DNA of 61,341 nucleotides, counting the filler. It is 3 parts of 3 records of this genome, joined end to end, with 100 filler letters (N's around TTAATTAATTAA, not from the genome) between each part and the next. Parts side by side here need not be neighbours in the genome. Positions count along the whole stretch, not along the records: positions 1 to 24,483 come from SRR20825006_562; 2 more parts are not named here. One strand, given 5' to 3'. The notes beneath the pieces were generated by a model. That model was not told the origin of the DNA. It made no database searches and saw only the letters and a program-made list of their open reading frames with translations. The position numbers and the translations under genes were made by a program. This document shows positions 9,969 to 19,130 of this stretch, piece by piece (position 1 is the first letter of the stretch; each line of letters begins with the position of its first letter).

Positions 9969-11033
9969 TCATACGCCCTGTTCCTGTTCTCTAGCCTGTT
10001 GTTTGCGCCAGCGCATGGATGACCAGAGCGCCAGTCCGATTAACCCCGCGCCAGCCAGTCCGGTGACCGCTTCGGGTATATGAACCAGCGTTTGTGCAAA
10101 CATGATCATCGCCAGCACAAGAATGGCATAAAACGCACCATGCTCAAGAAAGCGAAACTGCGAAAGAGTCTTGCGTTCCACAAGAAGAATGGTGAGTGAG
10201 CGCACATACATCGCGCCGATGCCAAGGCCAATAGCGATAACCAGCAGGTTTTTCGTCAGTGCAAAAGCACCAACTACACCGTCGAATGAAAAACTGGCAT
10301 CCAGTATCTCAAGGTAGATGAAGGCGCCAAGGCCGCCCTGCGCCGCTGCTCTGGCTGTTTGTGCCTGATTGGCGTCGAGTAATCCACTCAGGATCTCGAC
10401 TCCCAGAAACGTGATTAGCCCATAAAGCGCGGGGTATAGAAAGTCGGATGAGCGCTCTTCGGCAACCAGTCCGGAGAAAACGAGGATAACAGCCAGCGCG
10501 ATACCGATTTCAATGCCTTTTATGGCCGCCAGCCTGCAGACCGGTTCTTCAATATGCGGCAGCCAGTGCACATCCTTTTCATGATCGAAAAAATAGGTCA
10601 GTCCTACCATCAGCAGGAAGGTGCCGCCAAAAGCCGCGATTGGCAGGTGGGCATCATGCATGATCGCTGCATAGTTTTGCGGCTGGGTGAAAGCCAGATC
10701 AATGGCCGCAAGCGGGCCGATATGGGCGGCCAGTGCGACGATGACCAGCGGAAAGACCAGTCGCATCCCAAAAACCGCAATCAGAATGCCCCAGGTTAAA
10801 AAACGGCGCTGCCAGACATGGCTCATTTCCTTTAGCTTGTTGGCATTCACGACAGCATTATCGAAAGACAGTGAAATTTCGAGAACGGCCAGGACAGCGG
10901 TAATGAAGAGAAACGTCAAGGCCCCGCTCAAACCGAAGTTGAAATAGCCATAGACCGCACTAGCGGCAAGGCCAAGTACAGTCACGATCAGAGCCCATTT
11001 GAAATAGGACAGGGTGGTCGGAGAGGTGTTCAT
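9969..11033 (-). CDS. DUF475 (TerC-clan) integral membrane protein
   Basis: LEISLSFDNAVVNA and YLEILDASFSFDGVVGAFA acidic motifs; GGAGGG RBS. Confidence 0.88.
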   Translation of the reverse strand: MNTSPTTLSYFKWALIVTVLGLAASAVYGYFNFGLSGALTFLFITAVLAVLEISLSFDNAVVNANKLKEMSHVWQRRFLTWGILIAVFGMRLVFPLVIVALAAHIGPLAAIDLAFTQPQNYAAIMHDAHLPIAAFGGTFLLMVGLTYFFDHEKDVHWLPHIEEPVCRLAAIKGIEIGIALAVILVFSGLVAEERSSDFLYPALYGLITFLGVEILSGLLDANQAQTARAAAQGGLGAFIYLEILDASFSFDGVVGAFALTKNLLVIAIGLGIGAMYVRSLTILLVERKTLSQFRFLEHGAFYAILVLAMIMFAQTLVHIPEAVTGLAGAGLIGLALWSSMRWRKQQAREQEQGV

Positions 11034-11165
11034 TGTGACAGCCCTCCGGTTTTGCAGTCATGATGGATATGGAACGCAAGATTTTTCGGCGCACCCGTGC
11101 GGGCGCGCGCAGATTGATTTTGAAGTTGATACATGATGTTTCATGTCCGCCGGCTGATTTGCGGG

Positions 11166-11220
11166 CGGTACCGACATCACGAGAGCGCCGTCGAACTCTC
11201 GCCAGAGGGGCCCGGTACCG
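11166..11220 (-). ncRNA. Candidate cis-regulatory RNA in the DUF475 leader (resembles terC RNA motif)
   Basis: Minus strand CGGUACCG-GGCCCCUCUGG-CGAGAG-(10 nt loop)-CUCUCG-UGAUGU-CGGUACCG: two stems separated by an asymmetric internal loop, about 130 nt upstream of a TerC-clan gene. Confidence 0.55.
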
Positions 11221-11508
11221 GGTTTGTCTATCACGTTTCAAAGCGTTCAGCTTCGTAAAAGGTCGGCGCGGATTGTCTTGCCATTTTGCTGTTTGCCGGT
11301 CGTTGACAACACGCAATCGCAAACAAAATCGATCTGGCACGTACACGTGAAAGGCACCAACAGATGTAACCCTGGATTTGCTCCCGTCAAGACCTGTCAG
11401 CAGAACAGCGTATCCAGGCCACTGCAATTTCATCCGTGCTGTTTTTCATCTTGCCGTTTACTGCGCGCCGGTGGTATTGAAGCCGTCAGGGCACGTTGGC
11501 CCGATTTG

Positions 11509-11582
11509 GCGGGTATGATGTAATGGTAGCCTGTCAGCTTCCCAAGCTGAACGCACGGGTTCGATTCCCGTTACCCGCTCCA
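11509..11582 (+). tRNA. tRNA-Gly (anticodon CCC)
   Basis: 74 nt; GCGGGTA/TACCCGC acceptor stem, TCAGC-TTCCCAA-GCTGA anticodon arm, GGTTCGATTCC T-arm, encoded CCA. Confidence 0.97.
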
Positions 11583-11772
11583 ATGATTTCAATGGTCAGT
11601 GTGAAACATGCCCTGCGGTCCCTCTTTCTGAATAAAGGGCTGCGGATACGTTAGCCGGTGCAGTGTTTCCGTGAAATGTTGTTCCGGGTGTATGGAATGA
11701 CTTCATTATATTCGCTTGCGCTGAAGCACATGTTTCTTCATAGTTTTTCGAACTTCTTGGTCGGCTTTGAAA

Positions 11773-13953
11773 ATGCGCAGCAAAAAACAGACTCTCGATG
11801 TTTCACGTTTCCTTATGACGCGGGCGCTGCCGATAATCGCATTGGCAGTCGCTATTGGACTTGGTGTTCTGGGACTTTTGATTTGGGCGGGGCACGAGGC
11901 TGACAGGGTTTCCTATGGTCGACAAGCGAACCTGGTTGAGCTCGTCGTTTCTAAATTGCGCTCCGAAGTCGCGCATGATCAGGAAAGCGTTACTGTATGG
12001 GATGATGCTGTAGAGAAGGTGCGCGAGCGCGATAGCGAGTGGATGGATAACAACCTCGGGGCTTGGATGCATGAGTATTTCGGCCTTGATGCAGCCTATG
12101 TTCTCGACCCTTCCAATCACCCCGTTTACGCTTTTTCAGATGGCAGCAACAGGCGCCCTGAGGCCTTTAATGAGGTCCGTGATGCAACCCTGCCTTTGGT
12201 GCGCACTCTTCGCGATAAACTTCGTATGGGGGATGACAGCCAGATTGACGATAATGTTCTCACGCCGGGCGTTTCAGATATTGCAATCATTCATGAGCGT
12301 CCGGCTATTGTCAGCGTAAAGCCAATCGCTTCAGACAGCGGCGACATTCAGCAAATTCCCGGTGAAGAAAATGTTCACGTGGCCGTGCGGTTTCTTGATG
12401 GCACTCTAATCGAGGAATTGAAGACGAACTACATGCTGGAAGAACTTCATTTTTCGTGGGCGATGGACGATAATACAGACTATTCCAATCATCCACTTGC
12501 AACGGCTGATGGGACAATTGTCGGCTATATGGTCTGGCATCCCCATCATCCCGGAGCGACGATGCTATCACGTGTCGTTCCGGTTCTTTCGGCTGTTATC
12601 ATATTTGCCCTTTGTGCAATCGCGTTCTTCTTGTCTTTATTTCACAACCGCGCGAGAAAGCTGGAGGAGAGTGAAGACCAGATCCGGCACATGGCGTTGC
12701 ATGATCCGCTGACGGGCCTGCCCAACAGAAATTACTTCAACGAGTATGTTGATTCTGAGTTAGCCAGGGTGCCGTCTGATGTTAATGCTCTTCTGTACCT
12801 CGACCTGGATCGATTCAAGCAGGTTAATGATACGCTTGGTCATCCATCAGGTGATGCGCTAATTCGAGAGTTTTCCAAACGCGTGAAGGCGGTTGTACGT
12901 CAGGGTGATATCGTCGCCCGGGTTGGTGGCGATGAATTCACCGTGATGCTGCTGGGAAAAGACGGACGACAGGAAGTTGACGGTATCTGCCAGCGCATCA
13001 TCGATTCCGCACGAAGACCTTTCTCTCTCGGTGCGCATGAAGTTTTTGTGGGGGTAAGCATCGGGGCAGCGCTGGCGCCAAAGGATGGCTGTGACCGTGT
13101 CAGTTTGCTGCGGAAGGCTGATGTCGCCTTGTATTATTCGAAGAGGTCCGGTCGAAGCCGGTATTCACTTTTTTCTGAAGAGATGGATCAGGTGCTGAGC
13201 AGGCGCCAGCAGATCGAGGGAGATTTGCGCATAGCTCTTAAGGCGACCGATCAGTTGCAGGTCCATTATCAGCCCATTTATTCCGCGTTTGATCAGCGAA
13301 TTGAAGGCTACGAGGCATTGCTGCGCTGGTGTCACCCTGAATGCGGCTGGATTTCTCCAGAAATGTTTATTCCTGTAGCTGAGGAAACCGGGCTTATTGA
13401 AGCTGTCGGCGAATTCGTCTTGCATGAAGCCTGCAGCACTGCCGCAAGATGGTCCGGAAAAATTGTCGCCATCAACGTCTCTGGTGTCGAACTGCGTAAT
13501 GAAGACTACGCCGCAAAGGTCAAAAGAACTCTGTTGTCTACGGGGCTTCCGCCGCAGTTGCTCGAGCTGGAAGTCACCGAGACAGCCGCGACCGATGAAG
13601 GAAGTGTAGCTGTCAATAATCTGGACGCTTTGCGAGCATTGGGTGTAAAAATCGCAATTGATGATTTCGGGACAGGCTTTTCCTCACTTGGTCGACTGCA
13701 GACACTACGTGTTGACCGGATCAAGATTGACAGAAGCTTTGTACGTGGACTGGGTGAAAAAGCTGGCGATGAGGCTATCATTCGCGCTATTGTTGAACTT
13801 GCTCACGCGTGTGGTCTGAAAACAACAGCGGAAGGCGTAGAAACGTCCGAGCAGGGCGCGGGGCTTATCGGTATCGGATGTGATAGCCTTCAGGGTTACC
13901 TTTACTCGAAGCCGGTCCCTTCGAGTGAGATTAACAGTTCATCCGGTCGCTGA
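11773..13953 (+). CDS. Membrane diguanylate cyclase/phosphodiesterase (CHASE4-like sensor, GGDEF, EAL)
   Basis: Two TMs around a periplasmic domain (VWDDAV); HDPLTGLPNR, DLDRFKQVND, RVGGDEF; EALLRW, ELEVTE, IDDFGTGFSS, AEGVE, QGY. Confidence 0.93.
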   Translation: MRSKKQTLDVSRFLMTRALPIIALAVAIGLGVLGLLIWAGHEADRVSYGRQANLVELVVSKLRSEVAHDQESVTVWDDAVEKVRERDSEWMDNNLGAWMHEYFGLDAAYVLDPSNHPVYAFSDGSNRRPEAFNEVRDATLPLVRTLRDKLRMGDDSQIDDNVLTPGVSDIAIIHERPAIVSVKPIASDSGDIQQIPGEENVHVAVRFLDGTLIEELKTNYMLEELHFSWAMDDNTDYSNHPLATADGTIVGYMVWHPHHPGATMLSRVVPVLSAVIIFALCAIAFFLSLFHNRARKLEESEDQIRHMALHDPLTGLPNRNYFNEYVDSELARVPSDVNALLYLDLDRFKQVNDTLGHPSGDALIREFSKRVKAVVRQGDIVARVGGDEFTVMLLGKDGRQEVDGICQRIIDSARRPFSLGAHEVFVGVSIGAALAPKDGCDRVSLLRKADVALYYSKRSGRSRYSLFSEEMDQVLSRRQQIEGDLRIALKATDQLQVHYQPIYSAFDQRIEGYEALLRWCHPECGWISPEMFIPVAEETGLIEAVGEFVLHEACSTAARWSGKIVAINVSGVELRNEDYAAKVKRTLLSTGLPPQLLELEVTETAATDEGSVAVNNLDALRALGVKIAIDDFGTGFSSLGRLQTLRVDRIKIDRSFVRGLGEKAGDEAIIRAIVELAHACGLKTTAEGVETSEQGAGLIGIGCDSLQGYLYSKPVPSSEINSSSGR

Positions 13954-14205
13954 AGCCAAGAAGCGTGTGATCCTTTAAAAGTTTGGTGTCGCTTCCGTGT
14001 CGTGACCTTGAAGTAAGCGGCAGGCTCGACGAGCTTGCTGTCATTGGTTCGCGGCGATCATGTATTTTTCTCTCGCAGGGCCATGCTTTGGCAGAAACAC
14101 GGCCCAACGGTCTTGCTGAAAGCGTTACCACGGTCCGAGCGTCAACGATAATTTGGTAAATTCGCCCGGACTGCACTCCGCTTCGCAAGCTGTGACCTTT
14201 ACTCT

Positions 14206-16086
14206 CTATTCTGTTGGCTGGTGAGCGGTTTTGTGCCAGACAAACGGTGTATGATAGAGTTCCAGAAATGCTTTCCAGGCAGAATATGAAAGCATCAGCC
14301 AGTAAAACGGGATATAGAAGATATCAGTTCGAATCTGCCCCTTTTCCTTCGGGGACATGTTTTTCAGGCCCAGCCGTAGAAACGCCCAGTAGCTGAGCAG
14401 GATATTGATAATATCAATACCTGTCAGAAGCTGATCCAGAGGGGTGGTTCTTGTATCAGGCGCGAGGGCTGAAAGCGCTGTCATTGCGAGAGCAACGAAT
14501 AGAAACGGATGCAGCAGGGCAGATGTAATCATGCCGACGCCGTTGATCGTGAATACCAAAAAATTGAGGCCACCAAGCTCGCGCACAAGCGCCCCGGGCT
14601 CGCGCATGGCGACCAGCAATGTCTGCAACCAACCCTTGATCCAGCGTGACCGTTGCGCAGTCCAGATGCCGATTTTCAGTGGCGCCGCTTCTCCTGTTCC
14701 GCGTGTGATGACGCCGCAGATATATCCCATACGGTGCAGTCTGAGACCGAGGTCGGCATCTTCTGCCACATTAAACGGATCCCAGGCTCTGCTTTTCCAC
14801 AGCACTTCGGTTCTGAAATGATTTGATGTTCCGCCCAGCGGCATTGGAAACCGATGCCGGGCCAGAAACGGCATGACACCGCGGAACAGGCCGGCATATT
14901 CACACGCGAACAGAGCGGTAATCCAGCTGTGGGACAGGTTTGTGATGATCAGAGGCGCCTGCAGACAGGCCAGGTTGTCGGGACCGGCCCTGAAGGTGTT
15001 GTGGGCTTCCAGCAATTGATCCGGGTGTGGACGGTCCTCAGCGTCGTAGATTGTCAGAAGCTCGCCGCGAGCGCCGGAAAGTGCATAGGTCAGCGCCTTG
15101 GGCTTGGTGCGCGGATGAGCTGGGGGAACTGCAACCGTTTCAAAGCAAGGCGGCAGGTCCAGCGCATCAATCGCAGCTATTGTCTCCTGATCATCTGCCT
15201 CGCAGACGAGCTTGATGTCGAGTTTCGAACGCGGCCAGTTCAGCTTCAAAAGGTTATCAGTCAGCTGGCGAACCATGTTCGCCTCTCGGTAAAGCGCTAC
15301 CATGATCGTGTAGACCGGAAGTGCGTCGTTACATGTCAGTAGCGGCGCGACGGGGCATGGCCGAACGAGGCGTATAGATGCCAGTCGCAGAAGGACCATC
15401 AGAAGGTAGAAAGTCGTCATTGTGATATGAACGACCAGCAGTGTCGTGACCGGAAAAACAATCAGGCAAGCCAGTATACCGGCAATACTGCCTCCCAGCA
15501 AAAATCCCTGCTGACCCCAAAAAACGATCCGTGACGAAAAGCGCGGTCTCCAGGAGAAAAGGCGATTGATCGTGTGGTGGAGACGTCGCCTTTCCCCCGT
15601 CTTCCAGACGGCCTCACGCACGGCTTGCGGGGTCGTGACAAGTACATTCCAGCGCAGTTTCGGGCGCGCATCCAGACGTGCTCTCAGGGCAGGCAGATCC
15701 CGGGCCTTTGGTACGACCGCAAAACGGCTTCGTCCATCTTTTCCCTCCAGGCGCAGGCCACGTGAATCGACAAGAAGCTGGTCAATAAATGGACGGTCCG
15801 GAACGGTCTCAACATCTATGGTACTGCGAAACGACAGGCCAAGATATGTTGCCAGTGCACGATAATAATCGTCAACTGTGACGGACCCTGACGCCAGAAG
15901 CTCCTCTTCAACCGTACTGTCATTTTGAATTGCAACTAAATATGCGTACTCTACCTCATCTCTTTGAAAACCAATTCGTATTAATAGGCGCTTCTCCCGC
16001 GAAGCAGAAACGTTGTGTTCCTGCTTCTGATAGTCTTCGTTTTCCGGGCACGAATGCGCCGCATCCACACGCTCTGGTAATAGCAT
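14206..16086 (-). CDS. Processive GT2-family glycosyltransferase with membrane segments and MshEN-like N-terminus
   Basis: TKPKAL, YDAED, GGTSNHFR, AEDADLG and QRSRW (QxxRW) motifs. Start uncertain. Confidence 0.88.
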   Translation of the reverse strand: MLLPERVDAAHSCPENEDYQKQEHNVSASREKRLLIRIGFQRDEVEYAYLVAIQNDSTVEEELLASGSVTVDDYYRALATYLGLSFRSTIDVETVPDRPFIDQLLVDSRGLRLEGKDGRSRFAVVPKARDLPALRARLDARPKLRWNVLVTTPQAVREAVWKTGERRRLHHTINRLFSWRPRFSSRIVFWGQQGFLLGGSIAGILACLIVFPVTTLLVVHITMTTFYLLMVLLRLASIRLVRPCPVAPLLTCNDALPVYTIMVALYREANMVRQLTDNLLKLNWPRSKLDIKLVCEADDQETIAAIDALDLPPCFETVAVPPAHPRTKPKALTYALSGARGELLTIYDAEDRPHPDQLLEAHNTFRAGPDNLACLQAPLIITNLSHSWITALFACEYAGLFRGVMPFLARHRFPMPLGGTSNHFRTEVLWKSRAWDPFNVAEDADLGLRLHRMGYICGVITRGTGEAAPLKIGIWTAQRSRWIKGWLQTLLVAMREPGALVRELGGLNFLVFTINGVGMITSALLHPFLFVALAMTALSALAPDTRTTPLDQLLTGIDIINILLSYWAFLRLGLKNMSPKEKGQIRTDIFYIPFYWLMLSYSAWKAFLELYHTPFVWHKTAHQPTE

Positions 16087-16451
16087 GTATGACCTCTGAT
16101 GTCTGAAGTTCCCCCTGAACAACATGTATCTAATATTGCATTTATATAAAATGCAACCAAAAAAAGTCACTTAAACAGCGACGTCAGATGTGATTTCTGA
16201 GCAGCGCGGAATTTCCCGGGACGTGATTTTTGCAGGCTGGATAGCAACCTGCCTGCAGCCTCGGGGCAGGTCGACCGGAAAGGGTGCCGTTTATACAGAT
16301 GTCAGAGGCCAACTGGGTAAACGGGTGACTCATTCAGCTTTCATACGTGCTGTTCGAGGTGACTTTCCGGAGGAAAACATTTTTTGGGTGATGGTTCCAT
16401 CTATTCATTCACACTTCGTTTTTGGCGAAAAAGTGTTAAATTTCAATAGTA

Positions 16452-16494
16452 TGGAGCGCTCTTGACGCGTTCGAACGGACGCGCGGCGCACTGG
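16452..16494. repeat. Intergenic palindromic element resembling rhizobial short repeats
   Basis: GAGCGC..CGCGT-TCGAACGG-ACGCG..GCGCAC nested imperfect inverted repeat; looser similar element at about 18738-18773. Confidence 0.4.
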
Positions 16495-16645
16495 AAAGAA
16501 TAGAAATAGTTATGTGCGCAGGAGCGGGCGGTTTCGGTGTGAGCGGCTTTTATGTTGACGTTTCGCATGCCGAGGTCGGGTGCTTTGTCCGCAATCCGCA
16601 CGCGAACTCGCTAAGTCGGAGTCAAAACCTGAAAACAGGTCGGTC

Positions 16646-17062
16646 CTAAATCCGCCGGTAGCGTGCAATGGCGCCACGTTCAAGCGCTGCGCACGTCAGT
16701 TTATCAAGTTCAAACCTGTCACGGAATAGTTGCAACAATCTGATTTCTTCAGGGCGGACGGCATGATCCACAGCCATGATCTCTGCCGCTAGCGCATAGG
16801 CTGTATCGTAAAGCCGTGGCGGCAACGCATCCCTGATGATCTCAAGAGCAATTTCCATGCCTTCAGGTCCGGCCAGAACTTCGGCGCACTGATGCGCTGC
16901 ATCTGTAATCCGTTCAGGATCAAAGCCTTCGAAAGCAGGCAGCGAGCGCGTGATAAGCCCGATCCGTGCCAGTTCTGCGTCACTCATGCCGCTATCGACC
17001 GCCGAGGCCATAACCATCACATAAATCAAGGCGTCATAGTGAGTAAGCGGTGTTTTGTTCAT
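16646..17062 (-). CDS. TerB-family (tellurite resistance-like) protein
   Basis: ALIYVMVMASAVDSGMSDAEL and AYALAAEIMAVDHAVRPEEIRLL duplicated helical motifs; probable ATG 17062. Confidence 0.82.
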   Translation of the reverse strand: MNKTPLTHYDALIYVMVMASAVDSGMSDAELARIGLITRSLPAFEGFDPERITDAAHQCAEVLAGPEGMEIALEIIRDALPPRLYDTAYALAAEIMAVDHAVRPEEIRLLQLFRDRFELDKLTCAALERGAIARYRRI

Positions 17063-17097
17063 ACGTTTGAAGCCTTTATGTTTTTTATACGTTGCAG

Positions 17098-17763
17098 CTA
17101 TTGACTGGCCCATATGATGCGCGCCACCCATTCAAGGTCGGCGACTTCCAACGTCCTGTTTTCGTGCTCAGGGTTTACCGACATCAACTCGATCTGGCGG
17201 CTGGTTCTCCGCACAAGAACCTTCGCCATGACCTCGCCATTGCGCGTTTTAACCACGACCCTGTCGCCCTTGCGTGTGTCTGCATTGGCTTCAACAATCA
17301 GGACATCCCCGTTGCGGTAAAGTGGCAGCATGCTGTCGCCCTGAACTTCCAGGGCATAAATTCCCTGCTCGGAGCGCAGCGGTGCAGGAAAGTCCACTTC
17401 TTCCCAGCCATGACCGACCGGAAAGCCTCCATCATCGAAAAAACCACCGCTTCCAGCCTGGGCAAAACCAAGAAGCGGTATCGTTGCGGCCTGCGGCGGA
17501 AAATCTCCTGAAGGCGGAGTGCCTGTCTCTACGCCAAGTTCGAAAAAATCCTGCGGATTGGTTGCAGTTACGGCCCATATTTTTGACAGGGATTCCGTAG
17601 AAGGCCAGCGTTCCCGCCCATCTTTGCTGAAACGTTTAGACTTGTTGAACGTCGTTGGGTCAAGGCCGGCTTTTCGGGCAAGTCCGGATGGTGTCAGCTT
17701 GTTGCCAGCGGCAAGCCTGTCTATTGCCTGCCACACTGAAGCATGGTGAAAAAGAGGTGGCAT
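17098..17763 (-). CDS. HTH regulator with C-terminal S24 (LexA/CI-type) peptidase domain
   Basis: SGLARKAGLDPTTFNKSKR HTH; AQAG, VQGDSMLP and VMAKVL. Start 17763 or 17784. Confidence 0.88.
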   Translation of the reverse strand: MPPLFHHASVWQAIDRLAAGNKLTPSGLARKAGLDPTTFNKSKRFSKDGRERWPSTESLSKIWAVTATNPQDFFELGVETGTPPSGDFPPQAATIPLLGFAQAGSGGFFDDGGFPVGHGWEEVDFPAPLRSEQGIYALEVQGDSMLPLYRNGDVLIVEANADTRKGDRVVVKTRNGEVMAKVLVRRTSRQIELMSVNPEHENRTLEVADLEWVARIIWASQ

Positions 17764-17879
17764 CCGGTCAATCCTTGCAGCCATCAGGACGTTCTAAAGT
17801 CTGCAATGTAAACCAGATTGCCCTGACTCGTAAAGCGCTGAAAGGAATAAAATCCTGCCGTGTGACTGTCGCCGCTGTT

Positions 17880-18527
17880 TCAGGCGACCATGGCCATGTT
17901 GACCTTGCCGAGCTGAATCACTGCCTGGGTGCGGCTGTCCACATTCAGTTTCAGCAGAATGGCTGAGACATGTGCCTTAACCGTGGCCTCCGAAACGCCG
18001 AGTTCGTAGGCAATCTGTTTGTTCAGCAGGCCTTCACACAGCATACGCAGAACTCTTGATTGCTGGGGCGTGAGCGTTTGCAAACGCTCCAGCATGTCTG
18101 CGACGTCCGGGTCTGTTTCCTCGCCGCCCTCATAGCTTGGCGGGGTATAGACCTCGCCTGCGAGAACAGTACGGATGCCCTGCCGCAATTCGTCTATTCC
18201 TGCGGATTTGGAGATGAAGCCGGAAGCGCCGAGTGCAAGCGTTCGGCGGACCGTGTCATCATCATCACTGCCGGAAACGATCACGATCGGAAGGCTTGCA
18301 AATTCCGCTCTCACTGTGATCAGGCCTGAAAGGCCACTGACGCCCGGCATGGCAAGATCCAGCAGCATCAGGTCAGCGTCGGGGTTTTCGCGTGCCGCCT
18401 GGCGGGCACCTTCGAAATCACCGGCTTCCACGACGGCATAATAGGTAGCCATGCCGCTGATCGCCTGTTTCAGCGCACTTCGGAATAAAGGATGGTCATC
18501 TGCGATCAGTATTGTCTGTCCGGTCAT
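17880..18527 (-). CDS. NarL/LuxR-family response regulator (PrlR/CrbR-like)
   Basis: IADDHPLFR, LLDLAMPG; LTPQQ...GLLNKQIAYELGVSEATVKAHVS HTH. Confidence 0.93.
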   Translation of the reverse strand: MTGQTILIADDHPLFRSALKQAISGMATYYAVVEAGDFEGARQAARENPDADLMLLDLAMPGVSGLSGLITVRAEFASLPIVIVSGSDDDDTVRRTLALGASGFISKSAGIDELRQGIRTVLAGEVYTPPSYEGGEETDPDVADMLERLQTLTPQQSRVLRMLCEGLLNKQIAYELGVSEATVKAHVSAILLKLNVDSRTQAVIQLGKVNMAMVA

Positions 18528-18785
18528 CAAATGCCCCCTCCCAAAGGCAGTTCACAACCCATATGAATAGAAACCATCAATAAACGCAACCGTGCTGCAA
18601 CACAATAACTGTGGTTTTCCGTTGCCCGTATGATTACCGCAAATTTGATGATGGCAACGATAAAACGCAATTTTTCAGGAATTTTGTCCTTTCAAGTGCC
18701 TTCCAGGCAGAATTATGCGCTTCATCATGGACATTTTCGCCGTCTGCGTCTTTAAAGGCGCGCGAAGACGCGACAGGGTGGAAGT

Positions 18786-19130
18786 ATGCAGGATCACATT
18801 TACAAGATTGTCGGAGCGGACGAATGGTGGATGGCCCGCAAAGCCGGGATTTATCACGGCGCGGCCATTGACCGGACTGATGGCTTTATCCATTTTTCAA
18901 CCGCTGAACAGGTGGAAGAAACCGCGGCAAAACACTTTGCCGGCCAGGGCGGTCTGTTGCTGGTCACTGTTGATCCGGCGCTTCTGGGACCGGCCCTGAA
19001 ATACGAACCTTCACGCGGTGGCGCCTTGTTTCCGCATCTTTATGCCTCTCTTTCCTTGTCTGCCGTCATCAGGGAAGCGCCGTTGCCGCTCAACGATGAT
19101 GGCCGACATGATTTTTCGGGACTGATCTGA
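18786..19130 (+). CDS. DUF952 family protein
   Basis: IYKI, DGFIHFST and GGALFPHLY motifs; TGATG-coupled to pyrD. Confidence 0.9.
   Translation: MQDHIYKIVGADEWWMARKAGIYHGAAIDRTDGFIHFSTAEQVEETAAKHFAGQGGLLLVTVDPALLGPALKYEPSRGGALFPHLYASLSLSAVIREAPLPLNDDGRHDFSGLI

Noticed and set aside
16190..16465. 91-aa ORF in the GT2-terB gap
   Set aside because: No RBS or recognisable motif; more likely non-coding.
11583..16645. attR duplication of the tRNA-Gly 3' end or an integrase
   Set aside because: No repeat of TTCGATTCCCGTTACCCGCTCCA and no recombinase ORF seen by eye.
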